18,749 nt of DNA from Candidatus Heimdallarchaeota archaeon (GCA_019057375.1 DXJF01000066.1:1-18749); one strand, 5' to 3'; numbered from the stretch's first letter, positions 1-7,938 are shown. A program made the numbers and translations. Notes: generated by a model not told the origin, from the sequence alone.

Positions 1-633
1 GGTAGTCCAGTTGATACTGCACCCGAAGCACTTGATATGCTAGTTGAAGCCATTGAAGATGCAGGTTATAAGCCTGGAAAACAGATCTCTATTGGATTGG
101 ATTCTGCAGCATCTGAATTCTTTGAAGATTCCTTGTATGAAGTTGATGGAAAGAAACTAACTGGTAGTGAGCTTGTCGACTATTATGTTAATTTAGTTAA
201 TCAGTATCCAATAATTTCAATTGAAGATCCATTTGATGAAAATGATTTTGAGTCTTTTGCTAAATTACATGCAAAAGTACCTAGTATATCTGTAGTTGCA
301 GATGATTTAACTGTAACAAATCCAAAGAGAATACAGATGGCGATTGATAAGAAAGCTGCAAATTATCTTTTACTAAAAGTCAATCAAATCGGAACATTAA
401 CTGAATCTATTCAAGCTGCTAATCTAGCACGTAACAACGGTTGGGGTATAAATATCTCTCACAGATCAGGAGAAACAGAAGATGCTTTCATTGCTGATTT
501 AGCTGTAGCTCTTGGAGCTGAGCGAATAAAAACCGGTGCTCCTGCAAGAGGAGAACGTACTGCAAAATATAACCAACTATTACGCATTGAAGAGCAGCTA
601 GGAGACAAAGTAAAATATCTTGGAAGTAAATAA
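1..633 (+). CDS. eno: Enolase, C-terminal part (gene starts upstream of the window)
   Basis: The frame is open from base 1 ([14 protein letters not shown]...). Enolase motifs [44 protein letters not shown] and [23 protein letters not shown] are present. The ATG at 37 is internal. Confidence 0.98.
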   Translation, partial: GSPVDTAPEALDMLVEAIEDAGYKPGKQISIGLDSAASEFFEDSLYEVDGKKLTGSELVDYYVNLVNQYPIISIEDPFDENDFESFAKLHAKVPSISVVADDLTVTNPKRIQMAIDKKAANYLLLKVNQIGTLTESIQAANLARNNGWGINISHRSGETEDAFIADLAVALGAERIKTGAPARGERTAKYNQLLRIEEQLGDKVKYLGSK

Positions 634-709
634 TCTGTCTCCTACTTACTTTTTCTATTCAAGGGATAATATTTTTGAACACCATTCGTCTTTTTGTAAG
701 TGATATTAA

Positions 710-2227
710 ATGAGCAAAGCATATGATGACTTATTAGAAAATTATCAAGAAATACAACTATTAAATTCAATTAGTGGAGTTCTTTACTGGGATATGAATA
801 CTCACATGCCCCCTGCCGCAGTAGGGCATAGAGCAAAACAATTTCAATATATTAGTCAAAAAATTCATGGTTTAACTACCAAACCTGAAATAGGTACATT
901 ATTAGGAACATGTGAAAAAGATAATTCCCTTGATGATTTTCAAAGAAGAAATATTGAATTGATTAGAAGAGCTTATGATGATAGAACAATTCTTCCATCT
1001 GAGTTAGTAGGAAAAATTGCTGCTCAATCAAACAAAACTCTTGAAGTTTGGAAAAAAGCTAAGGCAAAATCTGACTTTCAAATGGTTTTTCCTGATTTAG
1101 AAGATTTATTCGCTCTCAATGTAGAGTCTACCACTCTCTTGGCTAAATCAAAAAATATGGATGATTCTTTTAATGCACTTATAGATAGTCGAGATAAGGG
1201 TTTTAGTGTGAAAATACTTACTAATCTCTTTGATGAAGTGAAGTCCTTTCTTATTCCTTTTATCAAGAAATGCTCTGAATCAGAAGTAAAACCTGATAGA
1301 TCATTTCTTAGTAGGAATGTTTCACGCTCAACTCAAGTGAAAATGGTTGAAAACCTTGCACGTTTCTTAGAATATGATTTCTATTCAGATAATGCAGTTG
1401 GAAATATTGCTGAAGTTGAACATCCTTTAACGATTGGTGGTGGTTTTAAAGATGTCAGGGTTACAGTAAAGTATCACGAAGACCATGTTTTATCTGCTTT
1501 TCTTGCGGGGGCACATGAATGTGGTCACGCCATTCATGGATTACAAGGAAAGGAAGAATGGTTCAATCAACCTATCTATCGCATGTCGTCTCCAAGTTTT
1601 GGGGAATCACAATCGAGATTTTTTGAAAACATTATTACCAGCTCAAAAGAGTTTTGGAATTATTATTATCCTCAGTTTCAAACAGATACTGCAGGTGCTT
1701 TCAAGAATATATCTTTGGAAGATTTCTATTTTGCTCTTAATGCGGTGAATCCTGGTTTTATTAGAATTCAAGCTGATGAAGTTACTTATATTTTGCACAT
1801 CATAATCCGGTTTGAAATAGAAAGAGATTGGTTTGCTGGGAAGATAAATACGAAAGAATTACCTCAAGTCTGGAATGAAAAATACAAGCAATATTTAGGT
1901 GTGGATGTTCCAAATGATACTTTAGGATTGATGCAAGATTTGCATTGGTATTCACAATATTACGGTTACTTCTTTGGTTATGGAATAGGTGACTTAATCT
2001 CTTCTCAAATAACTGCTAAATTGTCTCAAGATCTTCCTGATTGGAAAGCATCTCTACAAAATGGCAAATTCACCCCCATCCGTCAATGGTTTGAACTAAA
2101 TATACATCAGAGGGGTGGAACTTTGGATTGTCTCGATATGGTTAAAAGTATCACTGGAGAAGACCTGACACCAAGATATCATATAGAATATTTAAAGGAA
2201 AAATTCTCGCCCTTATATCAGATCTAG
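710..2227 (+). CDS. Carboxypeptidase, M32 family (carboxypeptidase Taq/Pfu type), with divergent motifs
   Basis: 505 aa. N-terminal L-x-W-D-M-x-T-x-M-P, DVRVT (DxRxT), HECGH (HExxH), ESQSRFFEN, IRIQADEVTY (IRxxAD), GLMQDLHW (GxxQDxHW). AAGTGA sits just upstream of the ATG. Confidence 0.95.
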   Translation: MSKAYDDLLENYQEIQLLNSISGVLYWDMNTHMPPAAVGHRAKQFQYISQKIHGLTTKPEIGTLLGTCEKDNSLDDFQRRNIELIRRAYDDRTILPSELVGKIAAQSNKTLEVWKKAKAKSDFQMVFPDLEDLFALNVESTTLLAKSKNMDDSFNALIDSRDKGFSVKILTNLFDEVKSFLIPFIKKCSESEVKPDRSFLSRNVSRSTQVKMVENLARFLEYDFYSDNAVGNIAEVEHPLTIGGGFKDVRVTVKYHEDHVLSAFLAGAHECGHAIHGLQGKEEWFNQPIYRMSSPSFGESQSRFFENIITSSKEFWNYYYPQFQTDTAGAFKNISLEDFYFALNAVNPGFIRIQADEVTYILHIIIRFEIERDWFAGKINTKELPQVWNEKYKQYLGVDVPNDTLGLMQDLHWYSQYYGYFFGYGIGDLISSQITAKLSQDLPDWKASLQNGKFTPIRQWFELNIHQRGGTLDCLDMVKSITGEDLTPRYHIEYLKEKFSPLYQI

Positions 2228-2249
2228 ATTCTATCTTCAGAAACAGAAT

Positions 2250-2290
2250 AATTGATAATGAAAAAGAAAGAGAGAGATATCAAAGAAAGT
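2250..2290 (-). terminator. Pyrimidine/U-rich putative terminator of the bactofilin-like gene
   Basis: The minus strand after the TAG at 2293 reads ATACTTTCTTTGATATCTCTCTCTTTCTTTTTCATT, in a gap between convergent genes. Confidence 0.4.
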
Positions 2291-2292
2291 AT

Positions 2293-3195
2293 CTAGAGTT
2301 TAATTTCTTCTTGAGATACTTTCTTGGGGTCTTTCATCAGCTTCACACTATCTGCCATGAATAAATCTTCAACATAATATACTCTCCCCTCTACCAAAGT
2401 ATTAGGGCCTAGTTTTACAACCCTTCCCTTAATGTTCTTAAATACTTTAACATCCTGAACATCTACTTCATTTTGTGCAACAATGCTTCCATAAACAGTT
2501 ACTATTTTTTTGGCTTTCCTGAAAAACCAAGATTCAAAAACGGTTCTTCTGCCTTCTATTAATACACTATCACACAAGATGTTTTTCTCAATGCGTGCCT
2601 TTCCTCCAATTTTAATTGTATTTTCAGAAAGTAGGTTAGCTCCTATTGTAGAAGAACCTGTGAGGGTAGCTCCTCTAATAGCCTGTGTATTCTTTTCACT
2701 TTTATAGGATCCAGTTACTGAAAGATGTCCTTGAATTACAGTTTCTCCCGAAACTCTTGCTGAACCACTAAATGAAGCATTTTCATCAGTATGTAAATTT
2801 TTTTCGCATCTAAATGAACCTGAACATTTTACTTCACCATGTGCGAGTACATTTCCATAAGCTTTAACTGATCCAGAACAGCGTAATGCTTCACATTCAA
2901 TATCTCCAGAGATTTTACCTGATCCAGAGATTCTTATATCTCTTGCCACTTTCCCTCCAGATATTGTGGCAGCACCAGAGATAGTAATAGAATCTTGTGT
3001 GAAAGTTTTTGCTCCTGATACTTTTATGTCAGGTGCATCTTTTCTAAATTCCAACTCTTGTCTAGCTGAACTCAATTTTTCAGTGTATCTTTCCTTTAAT
3101 TCTTCATAGCTAGCCTTGTCGATCTCGCCTTCTTCTTTCCTCTTTTCTAGGAGATCTAAGAGTTCTTTATACATTCTTATGTCATTTTGACTCAT
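2293..3195 (-). CDS. Polymer-forming cytoskeletal (bactofilin/CcmA, YhbE/YhbF-like) beta-helix protein with N-terminal SHOCT-like helix and coiled coil
   Basis: 300 aa. (S/T/G)G repeats at residues 73, 90, 107, 125, 143, 161, 179 and 197 (17-18 aa period, e.g. ISGSGKISGD, CSGSVKAYGN, FSGSARVSGE). C-terminal IKGRVVKLGPNTLVEGRVYY resembles YhbE/F-type bactofilin ends. N-terminal LLEKRKEEGEIDKASYEELKERY. AGGTG lies upstream of the ATG. Confidence 0.75.
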   Translation of the reverse strand: MSQNDIRMYKELLDLLEKRKEEGEIDKASYEELKERYTEKLSSARQELEFRKDAPDIKVSGAKTFTQDSITISGAATISGGKVARDIRISGSGKISGDIECEALRCSGSVKAYGNVLAHGEVKCSGSFRCEKNLHTDENASFSGSARVSGETVIQGHLSVTGSYKSEKNTQAIRGATLTGSSTIGANLLSENTIKIGGKARIEKNILCDSVLIEGRRTVFESWFFRKAKKIVTVYGSIVAQNEVDVQDVKVFKNIKGRVVKLGPNTLVEGRVYYVEDLFMADSVKLMKDPKKVSQEEIKL

Positions 3196-3225
3196 TACTT
3201 ACACCTTAAAACTAATTTATCAGCA

Positions 3226-3235
3226 TTTTATATAA
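3226..3235 (-). promoter_or_regulatory. Putative TATA box of the bactofilin-like gene
   Basis: The minus strand reads TTATATAAAA, preceded by an A-rich BRE-like run, about 30 nt upstream of the ATG at 3195. Confidence 0.5.
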
Positions 3236-3261
3236 TGTTTTTTTTAATCAATTAGGTAATA

Positions 3262-3278
3262 AACTTAAATCTTAAGTT
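3262..3278. promoter_or_regulatory. Perfect inverted repeat AACTTAA-ATC-TTAAGTT, candidate operator
   Basis: Read directly at 3262-3268 and 3272-3278, between the divergent bactofilin-like and ArsR-type genes. Confidence 0.4.
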
Positions 3279-3332
3279 GCACGCTTAAACCGAGAAGTTT
3301 AACCGACAACAATTTAAGTAGAGAACCAGATG

Positions 3333-3348
3333 TCTGATATATGTCAGA
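3333..3348. promoter_or_regulatory. Near-perfect 16-bp palindrome TCTGATAT/ATGTCAGA over the ArsR-gene start codon, candidate autoregulatory operator
   Basis: One mismatch from a perfect palindrome, centred at 3340/3341, which is the ATG. Confidence 0.4.
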
Positions 3349-3784
3349 GATTATAGATGATTCTCAAAAGGAAAGCCCTATTGTAGATGTCATTTATTCA
3401 ATTTTCCGCGATGGTACTAGGAGAAAAATCCTTACACTTTTAGGAAATATGAAATTAACAGCGGATGAACTTACAAAAGAATTAGGTATTTCGAGACCTG
3501 CTGTTGAAAAACATCTCAAGCAAATGTTAGAGATAGGATTAATAGAGAGAAAAGCTGACACATATCCAACCTTGAAGTATATCTACACCATACCCTCGCC
3601 CGGAATAGATTTACTTTCTAATGTAAGAGATGCAATTGATACATTCATTTCTTCATTGAGAGAAGAATATACACGAAGATTAGAAAATGAAGAACAAATG
3701 TATGTTCTAGGAATGTCATCAAAAGATAGATATGAGGCAATAAAAAAGTCTTATAGTTCTATTCTTGAAAGATTACAAAAATGA
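3341..3784 (+). CDS. ArsR/SmtB-like winged-HTH transcriptional regulator with C-terminal helical extension
   Basis: 147 aa. IFRDGTRRKILTLL...LTADELTKELGISRPAVEKHLKQMLEIGLIER...KYIY matches the ArsR-type wHTH pattern. The C-terminal region is helical and ends in a double TGA. Confidence 0.88.
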   Translation: MSEIIDDSQKESPIVDVIYSIFRDGTRRKILTLLGNMKLTADELTKELGISRPAVEKHLKQMLEIGLIERKADTYPTLKYIYTIPSPGIDLLSNVRDAIDTFISSLREEYTRRLENEEQMYVLGMSSKDRYEAIKKSYSSILERLQK

Positions 3785-3805
3785 TGATTTTTGGAATGTA
3801 TTGCT

Positions 3806-4297
3806 ATGCAAATTAAAGCAAGAAATCACTTATCAAAAAAGGATAAAAGAGCATTAATTGCTCAATTAACAGAATTTTTTGGTGAGGACATAACAAATTC
3901 TTTGCAAAGAGATATAATAATTGAAGAAGTTAGAACAGATATTGGAACTTTTATTGTTAATAATCGTAAAATATGGGTTTTTGACCATGAAAATATGAAA
4001 ATACCTACAATCCATTTTTTGCGACAACATGTTTATTCCCTTCCTAAAATTGTGGTTGATATTGGAGCGATCAGGTTTATTACTAACGGAGCTGATGTTA
4101 TGGCTCCAGGAATTGTCTTTTTTGACGAAGAGATAAAAGAAGGTTCAATTGTTGTCATTCATGAAGAGAGGGCAAATTCTATAATTGGCATAGGACAATC
4201 GTTAATTTCCTCAAAAGACTTTTCAAAATCTAATAAAGGGAAGGTTATTAAGAATCTCCATCATCTCAGAGATTCCATTTGGGAATTTCAGTTCTAG
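3806..4297 (+). CDS. DUF1947 + PUA domain RNA-binding protein (archaeal MCT-1/Tma20 homologue)
   Basis: MQIKARNHLSKKDK N-terminus and PUA signature VVDIGAIRFITNGADVMAPGI...GIG. The ATG at 3806 is preferred over the TTG at 3791. Confidence 0.9.
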   Translation: MQIKARNHLSKKDKRALIAQLTEFFGEDITNSLQRDIIIEEVRTDIGTFIVNNRKIWVFDHENMKIPTIHFLRQHVYSLPKIVVDIGAIRFITNGADVMAPGIVFFDEEIKEGSIVVIHEERANSIIGIGQSLISSKDFSKSNKGKVIKNLHHLRDSIWEFQF

Positions 4298-4305
4298 ATG
4301 TTTAT

Positions 4306-6216
4306 TTATTTCAATCTGATAGTTGTTCCATTAGGAGGCGCAAGACTTTCTCTCTTTGTGGTTTTGTATACCCACGATGCAAACTTTGTTACTTTTGATT
4401 CTTCCCCATGAATAACAACAACTCTTTCTGGTTTTGGAGTAACTTTATTGATATAATTTTCTAACTCCCTTCTATCACTATGACCAGTGAAACCAGAAAT
4501 GCTATGAACGGCCATTTCTATATGATACATCACAGTTTTTCTATTTTCAACCATTTGAAGTTCTGTAATCCCTTTTTTGATTTTACTCCCTAGAGTTCCT
4601 TTTCCTTGATAACTTACAAAGATTAGTGCATTATTTGGGTCTGAACAAAGAGCTTTGAAGTATTGTACACTGGGTCCTCCATTCATCATACCACTTGTAG
4701 CCAAGATTATTGCTGGATCGCCTTCAATGATTAACTCCCTTTCTTCACTAGCTCCTACATGTTTCATCTGCTCAGCTAGGAAAGGATTCTCTCCTTCATG
4801 GAAAATTCTTTCTCTCAAATTCTTTGATAAGAATTCAGGATGAGCTGTTGTAATTGCTGAAGCTTCTCTTATCATACCGTCAGTATATATTGGAATCTTT
4901 GGAAGTTCTCCAGATCTCATTAGACCTTCCAAAACTACAAGTATTTCTTGAGCCCTTCCCACTGCAAGTACCGGAATTAGAACTTTACCTCCTTTTTGAA
5001 TAGTGTCATGAATTATGTTTCTCAACATTTTTTCACATTCAATTCTTGAAGGAAGAACATCTTGTGGTTTGCCGTAAGTTGATTCAATAAATAATGTTTC
5101 TAATCTTGGAAACCTTGCGTTAGCAGAATCTAATAGATTGGATTTAGCGAATTTTATATCTTGTGCGAAAGCAACATTGTAGACCCCTTCTCCAATATGG
5201 AGGTGAGGAATAGCACTACCAATTATATGACCTGCATTATGAAAAGTTAGCCGAATATCTGGAGTTATATCAGTTACTTCTCCATAATCTAAAACAATAG
5301 TATGTAAGACTGAATTTCTGATGTCCTTTTGTTGATATGGTAATGTTTTACCTTCTTTATTTGCTACATCAAGATAGTCAATTTGCAGCATTGTCATTAA
5401 ATCTCTAGTTGGTCGTGTAGTGTATACTGCACCTTTGTATCCATACTTGAACAGATAAGGAACAAAACCCGAATGATCAAGATGAGCATGTGATATCACA
5501 ACCGCATCAAGTTGTTCAATGTCAAATTCTGGTAAATCAAATCTTGGGAAGGTATTATTTGGGGTGTTACTCCCAACATTGATTCCACAATCAATTAGTG
5601 CTCTACTTTCTCCAGTTTGTATTAAGGAAGAACTTCTACCTACTTCTGCATAACCACCTAGAGCTGTTACCCTTATTGTATCATCTCTGTAAATTATTGG
5701 TCTGTGAATCCTCTTTCCAACAGTTCTAAGAACTTCTTGACGTTTCTTTGAATGTTCTTGATAAAGGTGTCTTATAGTTTTTATAACCCTTGATTCGATT
5801 GGAGGGGTTCTCATGACTCTTGGTCGCCATAATGTTTTTGCAATTATATTACGTAACATTTCACCTGATTTCCCTATTATAACACCAGGTTTCAATGCTT
5901 CTATGATTACTTCACCAACCAGTTCATCAAAATCGATATTGGTAATCTCTCCCTCTTTTCCAACTAAATCATTTATCGCGAAAATTGTTTCATCCTTTGG
6001 TAGTCTTACACTAGGATCTGAACGAATAACTATTCTTTTCCTTAATTTCTTAGCCAATTCCTTTACAATTGTTTCATCGTCAACTAACACCCGGGGTTTC
6101 TTAGAATAAACTGCAACCTCTGGTCCCTCAAATTCTATAGTAGTAATTTCAGAGTTATCAGGTAGTTCGTTATGTATGTCTTCAGATATCTTTTCTAATA
6201 CTTCTCTATAGCTCAA
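4306..6216 (-). CDS. fttA: Beta-CASP ribonuclease aCPSF1 (transcription termination factor FttA)
   Basis: N-terminal KH region (IEFEGPEVAVY, RKRIVIRSDP, PGVIIGKSG). MBL motifs DCG, SHAHLDHSG, HNAGHIIGS and ESTYG; beta-CASP GRAQE, SGMMNGGPS, GFTGHSD and HGE. The ORF is open to the TTG at 6249. The TTG at 6216 (MSYREVLEKI) fits typical length better. Confidence 0.96.
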   Translation of the reverse strand: MSYREVLEKISEDIHNELPDNSEITTIEFEGPEVAVYSKKPRVLVDDETIVKELAKKLRKRIVIRSDPSVRLPKDETIFAINDLVGKEGEITNIDFDELVGEVIIEALKPGVIIGKSGEMLRNIIAKTLWRPRVMRTPPIESRVIKTIRHLYQEHSKKRQEVLRTVGKRIHRPIIYRDDTIRVTALGGYAEVGRSSSLIQTGESRALIDCGINVGSNTPNNTFPRFDLPEFDIEQLDAVVISHAHLDHSGFVPYLFKYGYKGAVYTTRPTRDLMTMLQIDYLDVANKEGKTLPYQQKDIRNSVLHTIVLDYGEVTDITPDIRLTFHNAGHIIGSAIPHLHIGEGVYNVAFAQDIKFAKSNLLDSANARFPRLETLFIESTYGKPQDVLPSRIECEKMLRNIIHDTIQKGGKVLIPVLAVGRAQEILVVLEGLMRSGELPKIPIYTDGMIREASAITTAHPEFLSKNLRERIFHEGENPFLAEQMKHVGASEERELIIEGDPAIILATSGMMNGGPSVQYFKALCSDPNNALIFVSYQGKGTLGSKIKKGITELQMVENRKTVMYHIEMAVHSISGFTGHSDRRELENYINKVTPKPERVVVIHGEESKVTKFASWVYKTTKRESLAPPNGTTIRLK

Positions 6217-6317
6217 AGTGTTCAAACCTACTGTATTCCTTAAAAACAAATATTTTTGAAGAACAAGCCCTCATATTTGCTTAAACAAAGTTTAAAACTA
6301 AATTAAATCTCTGAACT

Positions 6318-6329
6318 GTATTTAAATAC
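6318..6329 (-). promoter_or_regulatory. Putative TATA box of aCPSF1 (perfect palindrome GTATTTAAATAC)
   Basis: A TTTAAATA core preceded on the minus strand by an A-rich BRE-like AAAAACAAAAA. Confidence 0.45.
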
Positions 6330-6396
6330 TTTTTGTTTTTGCTTGTTATAACTTGATTTCCTTCAACTTGATTGTGCTTTCCAAAAGGAATAATCT

Positions 6397-6945
6397 TCAA
6401 CCTCCTCCTCTTAAATACCAGCCAACATCTAATGGCTTTTTTCTTGATCCTTTTATTACAATTGTATTTTCTTTTAACGAGGAAAGCTCTTTACTACTAA
6501 TTTCTACCCTTCCAATCCCATAGAGAAGCCTATTTTCTCCTATAACTATTATTTGGTCATTTTTATCAAAATCTTCTTCATATTTAGTAATATTCTCTTT
6601 GAATATAGGTTTTCCATATAGAATTTGAACAGTTTTCACAATAATTTTCTTTGATGTGTAGTTGGCAATCATGTTTGCTCCTTCGATTTCAAGATGAAAT
6701 GAATTTGACCAAATACTTCCTATAGGTATCCCTGCTGAATAAGGTTCTAACATGGAGATTTTTGTGATTAAATCTGAGCTCTCCTTAGGAACTGTGAATA
6801 CCTCCTTTACTTTACCTTCCTTTATCCAAAAATTATATTCTTTGAATACTACTAGAATATTTGTACCAAAATCAGCTTCTATTGTATCCATAATAAGCTT
6901 ATTTTCTTCTTTCGTTCTAATTCGAAAAGTTGGTTTATTCATCAT
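6397..6945 (-). CDS. nip7: Nip7-like (UPF0113) ribosome biogenesis protein with PUA domain
   Basis: YSAGIPIG, FHLEIEG, ILYGK, YGIG and terminal DVGWYLR match the Nip7 pattern (LYG...D-x-G-x-YLR). A GGTGA SD at 6953-6949 is better spaced for the second ATG at 6942. The start overlaps the upstream gene's stop. Confidence 0.85.
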   Translation of the reverse strand: MMNKPTFRIRTKEENKLIMDTIEADFGTNILVVFKEYNFWIKEGKVKEVFTVPKESSDLITKISMLEPYSAGIPIGSIWSNSFHLEIEGANMIANYTSKKIIVKTVQILYGKPIFKENITKYEEDFDKNDQIIVIGENRLLYGIGRVEISSKELSSLKENTIVIKGSRKKPLDVGWYLRGGG

Positions 6946-7909
6946 TTTTCACCAGTTTTGCAATAAAGAATCCTTCTCCATTTGTTTTATGTGGATACAA
7001 TCTTCTTGTTTTTGTAAGGTTTTTTTCTAAATCCATATCAAGGAAGTTTGTTATTCCAGGTCTCGCTTTAACTTTAATCTCACTTAATTCTACATCAGCT
7101 TTCTTCAAAATGTCAGAGATTACTAATTCATTTTCTTCAGGTTCCAAAGAACATGTACAATAAACAAGTTCCCCATCAGTTTTTAGAACGTTAAGAGCAG
7201 TTGTCAGTAATGAAACTTGATAATCATGATAATGTAAGATGTCTTTCAAAGATTTGCTTTTCTTTCTAGTTGGATCAGTTATTATAATTCCTGAACCCGA
7301 GCATGGAACATCAAGAAGAATTTTATCAAACTGTAGATTGAAATCTTTTGCATTACGTGCATCCATTTGGAAAACAGCTGTATTTTCGACTCCCATTCTC
7401 GATAAATTAGATTTTAAGCTTCTACACCTATTAGCGCTTATTTCCAACGCAATTATGGTCCCCTTATTGTTCATTAACTGTGCTAGGTGAGTTGTTTTTC
7501 CTCCAGGTGCTGCAGCAAAATCTCCTATAAGTTCTCCTTCTTGTGGGTCTAAAATTCGTGGAGGGTAAAGAGAGTTCTTACCTTGTAACATGTAAAAGCC
7601 ATTGAGATATTCAGGTGTTGCTCCAATAGGATGGGGTGATTTTGTAATAACTCTAGATTCAGGAAATTCCGTGTTTTTCTCTAGCTGAATTCCTTTCTTT
7701 TTCAATAATATCTCAGAGTTTTCAAACGTACTTCTAAGTGAATTCAATCGAATGGATTGAGGTAGAGTAGTTTCATTAAATTTGATTAATTCTTTTGTTT
7801 CACTCTCTCCAAGCATTTCTATGAACCTATCAATCATATAGGGTAAATAACCTAATTTACTACCTAATTCGAACACATCATATTCTTTTTGGAGGGACAA
7901 TATTATCAA
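6935..7909 (-). CDS. NOL1/NOP2/Sun (RsmB/RsmF/NSUN) family RNA m5C methyltransferase
   Basis: Motif I DFAAAPGGKTTHLAQ, motif IV DVPCSGSG, motif VI YCTCSLEPEENE (both catalytic Cys present), RRLYPHKTNGEGFFIAKL, and the archaeal-type N-terminus GYLPYMIDRF. TTG start at 7909 or 7900. Confidence 0.95.
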   Translation of the reverse strand: MIILSLQKEYDVFELGSKLGYLPYMIDRFIEMLGESETKELIKFNETTLPQSIRLNSLRSTFENSEILLKKKGIQLEKNTEFPESRVITKSPHPIGATPEYLNGFYMLQGKNSLYPPRILDPQEGELIGDFAAAPGGKTTHLAQLMNNKGTIIALEISANRCRSLKSNLSRMGVENTAVFQMDARNAKDFNLQFDKILLDVPCSGSGIIITDPTRKKSKSLKDILHYHDYQVSLLTTALNVLKTDGELVYCTCSLEPEENELVISDILKKADVELSEIKVKARPGITNFLDMDLEKNLTKTRRLYPHKTNGEGFFIAKLVKNDE

Positions 7910-7938
7910 CTTGATTTTGATAACAATTTCAAGTTAAA

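Noticed and set aside
292-309. Enolase VVADDL instead of the common VGDDL
   Set aside because: A single Gly-to-Ala change beside intact metal-binding Asp residues; the other catalytic motifs are normal.
1078-1748. Short alternative ORFs 1078..1266 (-) and 1485..1748 (+)
   Set aside because: They lie wholly inside the well-supported M32 gene and have no recognisable motifs.
2900-2985. Repeated CCAGAGAT/CCAGA words in the bactofilin-like gene
   Set aside because: These are recurring Ile-Ser-Gly codons of the protein repeat, not a DNA repeat array; there is no spacer structure.
3341-4297. The ArsR ORF and the PUA ORF are in the same frame, separated by TGA-TGA, suggesting readthrough or a Sec-recoded fusion
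   Set aside because: Same-frame adjacency has a 1-in-3 chance, tandem stops favour firm termination, both proteins are complete, and I see no reason for selenocysteine at that position.
2510-7490. Antisense or overlapping ORFs 2510..2707, 4655..4843, 5813..6109, 6752..7030, 6930..7163 and 7239..7490
   Set aside because: They are shadow ORFs opposite conserved genes, with Ser/Phe/Ile-rich composition typical of antisense reads.
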